Below, piece by piece: positions 13,179-22,431 of a stretch of 53,036 nt of DNA. This DNA comes from Phascolarctobacterium sp. (GTDB taxonomy: Bacteria; Bacillota; Negativicutes; Acidaminococcales; Acidaminococcaceae). The stretch lies in NCBI GenBank assembly GCA_017452325.1, contig JAFTMR010000003.1, positions 1 through 53,036 on the forward strand, given 5' to 3'. Each line of letters begins with the position of its first letter. The stretch's first letter is position 1. Position numbers and translations under genes: made by a program. The notes below the pieces were generated by a model. The model saw only the letters and a program-made list of their open reading frames with translations. It ran no database searches and had not been told where the DNA came from.

Positions 13179-14162
13179 ATGTGTGATCCTAATACGGCAT
13201 TAGAAACAATAGAAGCAACTGCAAAAGCAACTAACACTTTAGGAAAGATAGTGGAAAAGATTTTTGGCCCGTCATGGAAAAAGAAGCAAGCAGATGCAGA
13301 AACTTATTCTGCAGAAGTTATAATGAAAATGATAAGAGATAATCCTGATATGGATATAATTTATAACGATAGTAAATTGTTTATTAAAAAACGTGATGCT
13401 ATTGCGCTTGCAAATAGGGCAGATGAAAGAAAAGCATTGGAATCAGTTAGACAACAATACAATTTGGAAAGTGTAATTGGCGTTGCAGAAGCATCTTTGG
13501 ATAGTAAAGAAAAGGTTAACGATAAAGAGGTAGATGAGGATTTTATAACAAGACTTTTTAATATTGCTAAAGATGCTAATAAGAAAGAGATGCAATTTAT
13601 TTGGGGTAAAATACTTGCTCAAGAAGTGCTTGAGCCTAGAAGTTTCTCGTTGCGAACTTTAGAGACTGTAAGAAATCTAAGTTATAGGGATGCAAAAATA
13701 TACCAGAAAATAGTTCCTGTGGTTTTTAATGGTGCTAGGAAAAAGTTTATTGTTTCTGATGATGCAATATTAACTAAATATGGTATTAAATATGAGGATG
13801 TATTGTTATTAGATGATTGTGGACTGATAAATTCAGCAGGAATGTTGGCTTTAACTTATGGGATAGAGCCTAATTCGGAAATCTATTTACACAATGATGA
13901 ATATGTAATTTTTGTAAAAAATACTAGTGCAAATAAAATAAATTTATCGATAGGTGCATACACACTAAAGGGTTCTGGCGTAGAATTGTTAAAAATACTT
14001 TATTGTGATACAAATTTAAATTATATTAAGGACTTGGTGAGGTATATAAAAAATAAAAATTCGGCTTTGAAAGTGACAGTGCATGATATTCAAAAAGTTA
14101 ATGCGGATGGAAGTTTTAATTATTCAACATTAGATATTAGTAGTAAGTTTGATATACTATAG
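13179..14162 (+). CDS. DUF2806-like protein
   Basis: Start placed at ATG 13179 (MCDPNTALE) behind GGAGGTG. The GPSWKKKQADAE and FIWGKILAQEVLEPRSFSLRTLETV segments resemble DUF2806 as I recall it. Confidence 0.55.
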   Translation: MCDPNTALETIEATAKATNTLGKIVEKIFGPSWKKKQADAETYSAEVIMKMIRDNPDMDIIYNDSKLFIKKRDAIALANRADERKALESVRQQYNLESVIGVAEASLDSKEKVNDKEVDEDFITRLFNIAKDANKKEMQFIWGKILAQEVLEPRSFSLRTLETVRNLSYRDAKIYQKIVPVVFNGARKKFIVSDDAILTKYGIKYEDVLLLDDCGLINSAGMLALTYGIEPNSEIYLHNDEYVIFVKNTSANKINLSIGAYTLKGSGVELLKILYCDTNLNYIKDLVRYIKNKNSALKVTVHDIQKVNADGSFNYSTLDISSKFDIL

Positions 14163-14226
14163 TATATTTTTCTTAAAATCTTTACATAAAGAATCTAAAG
14201 CAGTACGATTGAAAGTGGTGAGCAGT

Positions 14227-17200
14227 ATGACCAATTTCGACTTTCTTCTTAGTGAATCTAAATTTGCTCCATTTGCTGACGTAGCAGTGGCAGCAGAAAA
14301 GATTTTACACATCGACCCTACGTCCACGGTAATGAATTGCCGTAGGGCGATGGAGTTTGCCATCAAATGGATGTATTCGGTAGATAGCAGTCTGGAAATG
14401 CCCTATGATGACAAGCTTGTAATGTTAATGAACAGTGAGGACTTCCGCGATATAGTTGGTGCGGATTTGTGGCAAAGGTTAAATTTGATTCGCCTGATGG
14501 GGAACAAGGGTAACCACAAATACGATAAAAAGATTACGGTGGAAGAAGCTTCCCTCTGTTTGGAAAATTTATATGTTTTTATGGATTTTGTTGCTTATTG
14601 TTATGGTGACGATTATAAGGAAAAACCTTTTGATGCAAGCCTGCTTGTTGAACAGCAAGATGTACCTGTGCCCAGCCAAGCACAACTTGATTTTGAAAAG
14701 TTGCTTGCGGAAAACAAGGCTTTGCGCGAGGAGCTTACCGCTCGTCGTTTAGAGCAGCAGCAGACTTATGTTCCCAAACCGCTGGAACTTTCCGAATACA
14801 AGACCCGCAAAATTTACATTGATGCTATGCTTCGTGATGCCGGTTGGATTGAAGATAAGAACTGGATTAACGAAGTTGAACTTCTCGGTATGCCTAACAA
14901 AAGTGAAGTTGGTTTTGCTGATTACGTTTTGTATGGTGATGATGGCAAGGCTTTGGCGGTTATTGAAGCCAAGCGTACTTGCGTGGATGTTTCTAAAGGT
15001 AGACAACAGGCGAAGCTGTATGCAGATTTGTTAGAGAAAGAGTATGGTCGCAGACCTGTAATTTTTTTGACCAATGGTTTTGATACCCGCATTGATGATG
15101 GTGTTTATCCGGAGCGCAAGGTGGCAACCATTTACTCCAAGCGCGATTTAGAAAAGCTTTTCAACTTGCGCCGTATGCGTAGCAGTTTGAAGCACGTTGT
15201 TGTAGATAAAAATATTGCAGGGCGTTACTACCAAGAGGCTGCCATTAAAGCTGTTTGTGAAAGTATGGATACAAGGAACAGACGCAAGGCTTTACTAGTA
15301 ATGGCAACTGGTAGCGGTAAGACGAGAACAGTTATTGCCTTGTGTGATGTTTTGCAACAACATGGTTGGATTAAACATGTTCTATTCCTTGCTGACCGCA
15401 ACTCTTTGGTGACGCAGGCAAAGCGTAGTTTTGTAAATTTGCTTCCTAATATGAGTGTTACCAATTTGTGTGAGGAAAAGGATAATTATACTGCGGAAGC
15501 TGTGTTCAGTACTTACCAGACGATGATGAACTGCATTGATGATGTCAAGGATGAACAGGGTAAATTGTTTACCAGTGGTCATTTTGATTTAGTAATTTGC
15601 GACGAAGCGCACCGTTCTATTTATAATAAGTATCGTGATATTTTCAATTATTTTGATGCGCCTTTAGTTGGGTTGACTGCAACTCCTAAAGATGAAATTG
15701 ATAAGAACACTTATGAGATTTTTGAATTGCAAAATGGTGTGCCTACTTATGGTTACGAATTGGCACAGGCGGTTAAGGATGGATATTTAGTAGATTATGT
15801 TTCTGTGGAGAGCAAGCTAAAATTTCTGGCAAGTGGTATCCGTTATGATGAACTTACTCCGGAAGAGCAAAGGATTTATGAGGAAACCTTTGCCGATGAA
15901 AATGGCGAATATCCGGAAATGATTGCACCGTCTGCAATTAACAACTGGATTTTTAATGAGGATACTATCCGCAAAGTACTTAATACTTTGATGACGGATG
16001 GTATTAAGATTGATTATGGTAATAAATTGGGTAAGAGTATTATTTTTGCTAAAAATCACACCCATGCGGAAAGAATATTAGAAATTTTTGGCAAGGAATA
16101 CCCTCATTTATATGGTTATGCCAAAGTTATTGATAACTATATTAATTATGCCCAAAGTGCCATTGATGAATTTTCTGATCCTAAGAAGCTACCGCAAATT
16201 GCCATCAGCGTAGATATGCTGGATACTGGCATTGACGTTCCGGAAATTTTAAACTTAGTGTTCTTTAAGCCTGTTTATAGTAAGGCGAAGTTTTGGCAGA
16301 TGATTGGACGCGGTACTCGTCTGTGTCCAGAACTGTTGGATGGCGAGGATAAAAATAAATTTTATATTTTTGACTTCTGTGGGAATTTTGAGTTCTTCCG
16401 TATGAACCAAGGCAGACCTACCGCCAACCAAATTGCTTTGCAGGGAGCAATCTTTAATTTAAAAGCACAGATTGTTTTTAAGTTGCAAGATTTGGCTTAT
16501 CAGACTAAAGATTTAATTGAGTTTAGACAAAGCTTGATTACTGATTTGGTTACCAAGGTGCAGGAGCTGAATAAAGAAAATTTTGCGGTGCACCAACATT
16601 TGCGTTATGTAGAGTTGTATTCTAATCCTGAAAATTATGTTAGCCTTACTTTGGAAAACACCAACGATATGCGAGAACATCTTGCGCCCCTGGTAACTCC
16701 TGATGCTGATGACCCGAAGGCTTTGCGTTTTGATGCGCTGATGTACGGAATTGAACTTGCTTATCTGGCAGGGAAAAGCTATGGACGAGCGCGTAGTGAT
16801 TTGTTCGCCAAGGTGAATGCCATTGCACGAGTTGCCAATATTCCGGAGATTATTGCTAAGTCTGATTTGATTGAGAAGATTTTACACAGCGATTATGTGG
16901 AGAAGGCAGGCATTAACGAGTTTGAATGTATCCGTAAAAACTTGCGTGACTTAATCAAATACATTCCACAAGGCGGTTTTAAGTATGATACTGATTTTAC
17001 AGATGATATTTTGAGTGTTGACTGGAACGATGCGGAACTGGAAAATGATGATTTGAAAAACTACAAGGCTAAGGCAGAGTTTTATGTGCGTAATCATCCT
17101 GACCATATTGCCATCCATAAGTTGCGTAGTAACAAACCTTTGAACAGCGTTGACTTGAAGTCTTTGGAAGACATTTTGTGGAGCGAGGTAGGTACTAAGG

Positions 17201-17514
17201 AAGATTATCTTGCTGAATACGGCGAGAAGCCTTTGGGCGAATTTGTCCGCGAGATTGTTGGTATGGATATGAACGCTGCTAAAGAAGCCTTTGCAGAGTT
17301 TTTGAATGATACCAGTCTGGACAGCAGACAGATTTATTTTGTGAATCAAATTGTGGAATACATCGTTCATAATGGCGTACTGAAAGACTTATCAGTTTTA
17401 CAGGAAACTCCATTTACTGACAAGGGTAGCGTTGTAGAAGTATTTACAGATTTGAGCGTGTGGATGAAGATTCGCAAGGCTATAGAAAGTGTGAACGCTA
17501 ACGCAGTGGCATAA
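14227..17514 (+). CDS. hsdR: Type I restriction enzyme, R subunit HsdR, with an N-terminal DUF4145-like domain and an EcoEI_R_C-like tail
   Basis: Walker A VMATGSGKTRT, DEAH box VICDEAHRS, GLTATP and QMIGRGTR. Start at ATG 14227 (MTNFDFLLSE). Confidence 0.95.
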   Translation: MTNFDFLLSESKFAPFADVAVAAEKILHIDPTSTVMNCRRAMEFAIKWMYSVDSSLEMPYDDKLVMLMNSEDFRDIVGADLWQRLNLIRLMGNKGNHKYDKKITVEEASLCLENLYVFMDFVAYCYGDDYKEKPFDASLLVEQQDVPVPSQAQLDFEKLLAENKALREELTARRLEQQQTYVPKPLELSEYKTRKIYIDAMLRDAGWIEDKNWINEVELLGMPNKSEVGFADYVLYGDDGKALAVIEAKRTCVDVSKGRQQAKLYADLLEKEYGRRPVIFLTNGFDTRIDDGVYPERKVATIYSKRDLEKLFNLRRMRSSLKHVVVDKNIAGRYYQEAAIKAVCESMDTRNRRKALLVMATGSGKTRTVIALCDVLQQHGWIKHVLFLADRNSLVTQAKRSFVNLLPNMSVTNLCEEKDNYTAEAVFSTYQTMMNCIDDVKDEQGKLFTSGHFDLVICDEAHRSIYNKYRDIFNYFDAPLVGLTATPKDEIDKNTYEIFELQNGVPTYGYELAQAVKDGYLVDYVSVESKLKFLASGIRYDELTPEEQRIYEETFADENGEYPEMIAPSAINNWIFNEDTIRKVLNTLMTDGIKIDYGNKLGKSIIFAKNHTHAERILEIFGKEYPHLYGYAKVIDNYINYAQSAIDEFSDPKKLPQIAISVDMLDTGIDVPEILNLVFFKPVYSKAKFWQMIGRGTRLCPELLDGEDKNKFYIFDFCGNFEFFRMNQGRPTANQIALQGAIFNLKAQIVFKLQDLAYQTKDLIEFRQSLITDLVTKVQELNKENFAVHQHLRYVELYSNPENYVSLTLENTNDMREHLAPLVTPDADDPKALRFDALMYGIELAYLAGKSYGRARSDLFAKVNAIARVANIPEIIAKSDLIEKILHSDYVEKAGINEFECIRKNLRDLIKYIPQGGFKYDTDFTDDILSVDWNDAELENDDLKNYKAKAEFYVRNHPDHIAIHKLRSNKPLNSVDLKSLEDILWSEVGTKEDYLAEYGEKPLGEFVREIVGMDMNAAKEAFAEFLNDTSLDSRQIYFVNQIVEYIVHNGVLKDLSVLQETPFTDKGSVVEVFTDLSVWMKIRKAIESVNANAVA

Positions 17515-17633
17515 AATTGTTATAAGTACCGTTATGCTTTGTAGCAGTTCATTTGCTTGCTCGACGTACTTCAAGTACGCCGTCGCTTCACAAATTTCAC
17601 TGCTTCGCGCCTTCCGGCACTTCTAACAATTTT
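17513..17633. repeat. About 120-bp long-hairpin intergenic repeat, copy after hsdR
   Basis: Left arm AAAATTGTTATAAGTACCG and right arm CGGCACTTCTAACAATTTT are inverted repeats, and the interior is also self-complementary. Homologous to 29609-29727, 31159-31279 and 38086-38208. Confidence 0.85.
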
Positions 17634-17644
17634 AATAAGTAAGT

Positions 17645-17682
17645 AAAAAACGAGTGAAAGCAAAAGCTCTCACTCGTTTTTT
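17645..17682. terminator. Bidirectional terminator (hsdR / convergent OMP gene); duplicate of the ligA terminator
   Basis: ACGAGTGAAAGC-AAAA-GCTCTCACTCGT flanked by an A-run and a T-run. Confidence 0.8.
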
Positions 17683-17702
17683 GGCGCTTATAGCAATTTT
17701 TC

Positions 17703-18305
17703 TTAGAACTTAACGGTTACGCCCATCTGCACGCCCTTCGCGCGCACTTCCTGATCTCCGTCCAAAACGTCCTCAAACTTGCCGTCGTAGTAGGACATGT
17801 TCAAGTCGATGTTATTGAAGATGGGTTTGGAGATGCCAATTTCGTAGGATTTGCTTTTGGTACCTACGCCCACATTACCCCAAACAGTGAAGAGTAGGGG
17901 AATGTCAAAATGTGCTTGGAGGCCTGCGTGAGCAGAATTTTTCTTTTTGCCAGAAGCCATGTCAGCGTCAGCACCAAGCCAGCCAGCGTAAGCAGATACG
18001 TTGGGCAGTACTTTGTACATAAGGTTAAATTGTTGCGCGGTCAAATCACCGTCGCTGCCTTTGTACTTGTCCCATTGGTAATTTACCGCCATGTTTTTGC
18101 CAAGGCCAACAGTGGCGCCATAGTAGGAGCTGTCGGATTTGGACATTTTGTAATTGCCACCCTTCAAGCTGGAAGGAAAGGTAATGCCTGCGTCAATGGC
18201 AAATTTGCCTGCGTCATAATTTTTCAGCGGAGCAGCAAAGGCGCTAGCGCTAAAGCAAGCGGTCATGATTGCTGCTGCGGTTAAAGCTGCATAGATTTTT
18301 TTCAT
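17703..18305 (-). CDS. Small outer-membrane beta-barrel (porin-like) protein
   Basis: Signal peptide MKKIYAALTAAAIMTACFSASAFA, alternating beta-strand pattern and a C-terminal ...GVTVKF (terminal Phe typical of OMPs). Start at ATG complement 18303-18305. Confidence 0.7.
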   Translation of the reverse strand: MKKIYAALTAAAIMTACFSASAFAAPLKNYDAGKFAIDAGITFPSSLKGGNYKMSKSDSSYYGATVGLGKNMAVNYQWDKYKGSDGDLTAQQFNLMYKVLPNVSAYAGWLGADADMASGKKKNSAHAGLQAHFDIPLLFTVWGNVGVGTKSKSYEIGISKPIFNNIDLNMSYYDGKFEDVLDGDQEVRAKGVQMGVTVKF

Positions 18306-18450
18306 AAATAAATCACTCCTTATAGAAATATATTTTATCACAAGAAAATTCTATTGCAAGAATTACTCCCTTCACAATCTCTTGAAAGGCTTGTAAAAAT
18401 TTGCAAAACATAGGATAATTAAACTGTATTTCTATGTAACGAAGGCGGAT

Positions 18451-20046
18451 ATGATGAGTGATACTAATAAATTTTTAAAGGGCACCTTAATCTTGGCGGT
18501 GTCTAGCGTTGTGGTAAAGGTTATTGGCTCCCTGAACTGGATTATTCTTTCCAGAGTTTTGGGTGGCGAAGGCATTGGCTTGTACCAAATGGGCTTCCCT
18601 ATTTACCTGATGGCGATTACCGTTTCCAGTGCCGGTATTCCTGTGGCAATCTCCATTATCACAGCAGAAAAGCTCGCCAACAAAGATTATCGTGGCGCTA
18701 AACGAGTCTTTAATGTTTCCCTGCGTCTGCTGCTAATAAGTGGCTTGGTATTTTCGTCAGCACTTTTCTTTGGAGCAGGCTGGTTAATTGAAAACCAATA
18801 CATTCGCGACGCGAGAGCCTACTATTCTATTATCGCTCTTGCTCCGGCGGTGTTCTTTGTAACCTTCCTTGCCAGCTTCCGCGGCTATCTGCAAGGCTGG
18901 CAGATCATGACGCCCACTGCTGTTTCCGAAATTGTGGAGCAGCTGATGCGCGTTATCACTATGCTTGTGTTTGCAGATTTGTTCCTGCCCTACGGCTTGG
19001 CGTACGCTGCCGGCGGCGCAAGTATGGGTGCGGGCGTGGGTGCCTTCTGTGCTTTGCTTGTTTTGATGTGGTTCTACGGACGCTTGAAGAAAAAGTTTCA
19101 AGAGGAGATTGAAGCTCAAGACGAAAGCGCTCCCGTTGAGCCTGCGGGTCAGATTATCAAACGTCTGTTAAAGCTGGCGCTTCCTGTTTCTCTATCCAGC
19201 TTGATGCTTCCCATCGGTGCTAACCTTGACCTGTTGATTGTTCCCCAACGTTTGGAGGCGGCAGGCTTTGGTGTGCGCCACGCGACGGAGCTTTTTGGCT
19301 ACTTAACCGGTATGGCAGTGCCTTTGGTAAATCTGGCTACCATTTTTACGGCGGCTATGACCATCAGCCTTGTGCCTGCCATTTCCGAATCTAGAGCCTT
19401 GGATGACTACGCTGCCATTCGCGATAAGATTCGCATCGGCTTTAGGGTTGCCATGATTATTAGCTTTCCCTGCTTCGTAGGTTTATTCTTTTTGGCAGAG
19501 AAGGTTGCTGCTTTAATTTACAATGCTCCCGGTGCCGCAGGCGCTATTCAGACCATGAGTGCGGGCATTCTCTTTCTTGGCTTGCACCAGATTAGTACGG
19601 GTGTACTGCAGGGCTTGAAGCATACTGCCATTCCCGTAGTGAATATGATTGTGGCAGGCGTGGTGAAGGTTGCACTTAGCTGGTGGCTCACTGCCATCCC
19701 CGAATTGGGTGTGAAGGGCGCGGCTTGGGCGACTGTTGCTGATTTCGCCGTTGCTGCCATTATCAATATGATTTTCATCTACAAGTTCACAGGCTTCTGC
19801 ATGACCTTTGGTAGCGTTGCCAAACCCTTGCTTGCGTCCAGCATCATGGGTGGCGTGATTTTTGTAGTGCTGCATTTTACCGACAGTTTCGGCGCGTGGG
19901 CGATACTCTTCGCCATGTGCGCAGCTGTTCCTACTTACGCAGTTTCCCTGCTGGCTTGCGGTGGCTTGCGTCAGGAGGATTTAGAGCGCATTCCCTTTAT
20001 TGGTCGCAGAATCCTTGCCTTTGGTCAACGGATTGGTATTTTCTAA
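18451..20046 (+). CDS. MOP-superfamily flippase (SpoVB/MurJ-type polysaccharide or lipid II flippase)
   Basis: 531 aa, polytopic, with an N-terminus (KGTLILAVSSVVVKVIGSLNWIILSRVLGGEGIGLYQMGFPIY) typical of SpoVB/MurJ-like proteins. Confidence 0.8.
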   Translation: MMSDTNKFLKGTLILAVSSVVVKVIGSLNWIILSRVLGGEGIGLYQMGFPIYLMAITVSSAGIPVAISIITAEKLANKDYRGAKRVFNVSLRLLLISGLVFSSALFFGAGWLIENQYIRDARAYYSIIALAPAVFFVTFLASFRGYLQGWQIMTPTAVSEIVEQLMRVITMLVFADLFLPYGLAYAAGGASMGAGVGAFCALLVLMWFYGRLKKKFQEEIEAQDESAPVEPAGQIIKRLLKLALPVSLSSLMLPIGANLDLLIVPQRLEAAGFGVRHATELFGYLTGMAVPLVNLATIFTAAMTISLVPAISESRALDDYAAIRDKIRIGFRVAMIISFPCFVGLFFLAEKVAALIYNAPGAAGAIQTMSAGILFLGLHQISTGVLQGLKHTAIPVVNMIVAGVVKVALSWWLTAIPELGVKGAAWATVADFAVAAIINMIFIYKFTGFCMTFGSVAKPLLASSIMGGVIFVVLHFTDSFGAWAILFAMCAAVPTYAVSLLACGGLRQEDLERIPFIGRRILAFGQRIGIF

Positions 20047-20049
20047 ATA

Positions 20050-20090
20050 AAAAGAGCGTTAATCTTTGCGGATTAACGCTCTAATTTTTT
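20050..20090. terminator. Bidirectional terminator between the flippase gene and purC
   Basis: AGAGCGTTAATC...GATTAACGCTCT with flanking A- and T-runs. Confidence 0.75.
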
Positions 20091-20096
20091 ATCTTC

Positions 20097-20780
20097 TTAT
20101 TTTGCAAGAATCAGTTTGGTCAAATCCATGGGGTCAACAATTTTGCCGTCTTTGTAAACGCGCATGTTGCCGCTTGCGATTTCGTCAATGAGGATTACTT
20201 CGTCATTGTTGTAGCCAAATTCAAATTTAATGTCGTACAGATCCAAGCCTTTTTTAGCCAGTTCGTCTGCAACGATACGGGTGATTTTCAAGGTTTGTGC
20301 TTTCATGCTTTCGAACATTTCGCGGTTCATTACGCCCAATGCTTCCAAGCCTTCGCAGGTTACCAGCGGGTCGCCCTTTTCGTCGTTTTTGAAGGTGCAT
20401 TCCACATAACCGCCGGGCAGTTCAGTGCCGTCAGCAATGTAATCTCCGTAACGACGGATGAAGCTGCCGGTTGCTTTCAAACGGCAGATAACTTCCAAGC
20501 CTTTACCGAAAACTTTTGCAGGCAATACTTCCATGGTAGCTTCTTCCAGATTAGCGCCCACATAGTGAGTCTTAACGCCAGCTTCTTTAAGAATTTCAAA
20601 GAAGAGGATGGAAGTTTCCAAGTTTGCTCTGCCAATACCTTCAATGGTCAGGCCTACAGTGTTTTCGCCCGGATCGAACACGCCGTCCTTACCGGTGCAG
20701 TCATCTTTAAATTTCAACAGAACATTACCATTTTCCAGTTGGTAAACGTCTTTGGTTTTGCCAGCATAAAGTTTTTGCAT
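20097..20780 (-). CDS. purC: Phosphoribosylaminoimidazole-succinocarboxamide (SAICAR) synthase
   Basis: [15 protein letters not shown]... is a typical PurC N-terminus. Start at ATG complement 20778-20780 (the track ORF extends further upstream). Confidence 0.9.
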   Translation of the reverse strand: MQKLYAGKTKDVYQLENGNVLLKFKDDCTGKDGVFDPGENTVGLTIEGIGRANLETSILFFEILKEAGVKTHYVGANLEEATMEVLPAKVFGKGLEVICRLKATGSFIRRYGDYIADGTELPGGYVECTFKNDEKGDPLVTCEGLEALGVMNREMFESMKAQTLKITRIVADELAKKGLDLYDIKFEFGYNNDEVILIDEIASGNMRVYKDGKIVDPMDLTKLILAK

Positions 20781-20978
20781 AATAACATAACATCCTTTCG
20801 TTGTTATATAAAATTGCTCCATAAAAATATTACCACAAAGCATTTTATAGCTCAACAACTTTTTAGAGATATTTTGAGGACTTCCTCAGAGAACGTTCGG
20901 GTTTTCAAAAAATGTTAACAATTATATTTGTGAAATTATTATATAATATGAGTAGGAAATAAAAGGAGGCTTGGTATT

Positions 20979-22103
20979 ATGTTGAAGAAGGCCGTTTATA
21001 ATAGACAAGACTTTTTGAAATTAAATGGATTGCCCCAACGTTTAAGAATTTGGGCAGAAGATATGGAGCTGGAAGACTACATTCGTGATGAAGCGTTTTA
21101 CCATCGCGACCTGCCTCGCAAAGCACCTCTGGCGTTGGAGCCCTTGAAGGTTGCTGTAATCGGTAGTGGTCCTGCGGGTTTGGGCTGCGCTGACCAGCTG
21201 CAGCGTCTTGGTTACGATGTAACTGTGTTTGAGCGTGACGACAGACCCGGCGGGCTTTTAATGTATGGTGTACCCAATATTAAACTTCCCAAAGATCTGC
21301 TCATGGAAAAAATTACGGAGCTTATCAATAGAGGCGTAAAATTTGTTTTGGGTTGGGAACTGCAGGATGAAGCAGGCTTTGCCAAACTGCAGGAAGAGTT
21401 TTCTGCTATTGTGCTGTGTGTTGGCAGCAGAAAGCCTAAGCTTATCACTAACATCCCGGTTGATAACAAGCAAATCTTCCAAGCTAAAGACTTTCTGACG
21501 GAAGTTACCAAGGATATGCTGAACGGAACTGATTTGATGAATGTTAAAGGCAAGGATGTGGTGATTGTTGGTGGTGGCGATACCGGTGTGGATTGCGCTG
21601 CCATTGCTCTTGCCCAAGGCGCTAACACTGTCCACCAGCTGGAGGTACAGGAGTGCCAAGCAACTGCCAATAGCGTTAAGGACGATTTGTGCAATATCGT
21701 CCAAGGTGATTTCACCATTTCTTATGGCACTCTCTTGAAGCGTCTGATTCGTGACGAAGCAGGCAAGCTGAAAGCTGTGGAAACCGCTCAGGTGGAATGG
21801 CGTAGCGAGCGAAGCGGAGCTATCCCTGATACGGTGGAAGTTCTTGGTAGTGAGAAGATTCTGCGCGCGCAAGTGCTTATCCTGGCTCTTGGCTTTAATG
21901 GGCCAGAAGACGAAATCTTTACTGCTTGCGGAGTGAAGCGTTCGCCGGCAGGTATGCTTGCCGATGGTGGAGAGTACTTCACCACCACCAAGGAAGGAGT
22001 CTTTGCTGCAGGGGATGCCCGTCGTGGTAGTGGCATTGTAGCTTGGGCTTTTACCGAAGGACGTAATGCTGCTATGAAATGCGCAGAATACTTGCGTAGA
22101 TGA
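20979..22103 (+). CDS. GltD-like NAD(P)H-dependent flavin oxidoreductase (glutamate synthase small-subunit family, lacking the N-terminal Fe-S domain)
   Basis: Two dinucleotide folds, VAVIGSGPAGLGCA and VVIVGGGDTGVDCA, and a C-terminal FAAGDARRG. Confidence 0.8.
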   Translation: MLKKAVYNRQDFLKLNGLPQRLRIWAEDMELEDYIRDEAFYHRDLPRKAPLALEPLKVAVIGSGPAGLGCADQLQRLGYDVTVFERDDRPGGLLMYGVPNIKLPKDLLMEKITELINRGVKFVLGWELQDEAGFAKLQEEFSAIVLCVGSRKPKLITNIPVDNKQIFQAKDFLTEVTKDMLNGTDLMNVKGKDVVIVGGGDTGVDCAAIALAQGANTVHQLEVQECQATANSVKDDLCNIVQGDFTISYGTLLKRLIRDEAGKLKAVETAQVEWRSERSGAIPDTVEVLGSEKILRAQVLILALGFNGPEDEIFTACGVKRSPAGMLADGGEYFTTTKEGVFAAGDARRGSGIVAWAFTEGRNAAMKCAEYLRR

Positions 22104-22123
22104 AGCACTGAGGAGGGAAGGTT

Positions 22124-22321
22124 ATGGCTATTCGTTTAAATGAGGATAAGGCGGTGGTGGCGCGTATTCGTGAGGGCTTAAAGCTTAAAGACGGATATTG
22201 CCCCTGTCGTTTAGCCAAAACGGAAGACAATAAATGCATGTGCAAGGAGTTTCGCGACCAGATTGCAGACCCTGACTTTGAGGGCTACTGCCACTGCTTG
22301 CTGTATTACAAAGAAAAATAA
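22124..22321 (+). CDS. Ferredoxin-thioredoxin reductase catalytic-subunit-like protein
   Basis: 65 aa with CPC...CMC...CHC cysteine triads (GYCPCRL, KCMCKEF, GYCHCLLY), like FTR beta chains. GGAGGG RBS, 20 nt after the previous stop. Confidence 0.7.
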   Translation: MAIRLNEDKAVVARIREGLKLKDGYCPCRLAKTEDNKCMCKEFRDQIADPDFEGYCHCLLYYKEK

Positions 22322-22337
22322 ACATTAAAAATTTAAA

Positions 22338-22377
22338 TAAAGGTACTTATCGGTGCGGTAAGTACCTTTATTTTTTT
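22338..22377 (+). terminator. Rho-independent terminator
   Basis: AAGGTACTTA..TAAGTACCTT followed by a T-run. Confidence 0.8.
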
Positions 22378-22431
22378 GACATTTTTGCAAAGTTCGTGTT
22401 AGAATTGTTAGGTTATAATTAGGAGGTACTT

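Noticed and set aside
5729-17511. Island 1 as a prophage remnant or integrative element. The same was considered for island 2 at 44040-51050.
   Set aside because: Neither island contains integrase, transposase, phage structural or conjugation genes, or a tRNA-adjacent att site. I describe them only as AT-rich accessory or defence islands.
20781-20978. A purine riboswitch or PurR box in the purC leader. A GAACGTTC palindrome within GAGAACGTTCGGG caught my eye.
   Set aside because: The conserved purine-riboswitch core is not recognisable. The single palindrome only loosely resembles a PurBox, and I cannot support a call without a model search.
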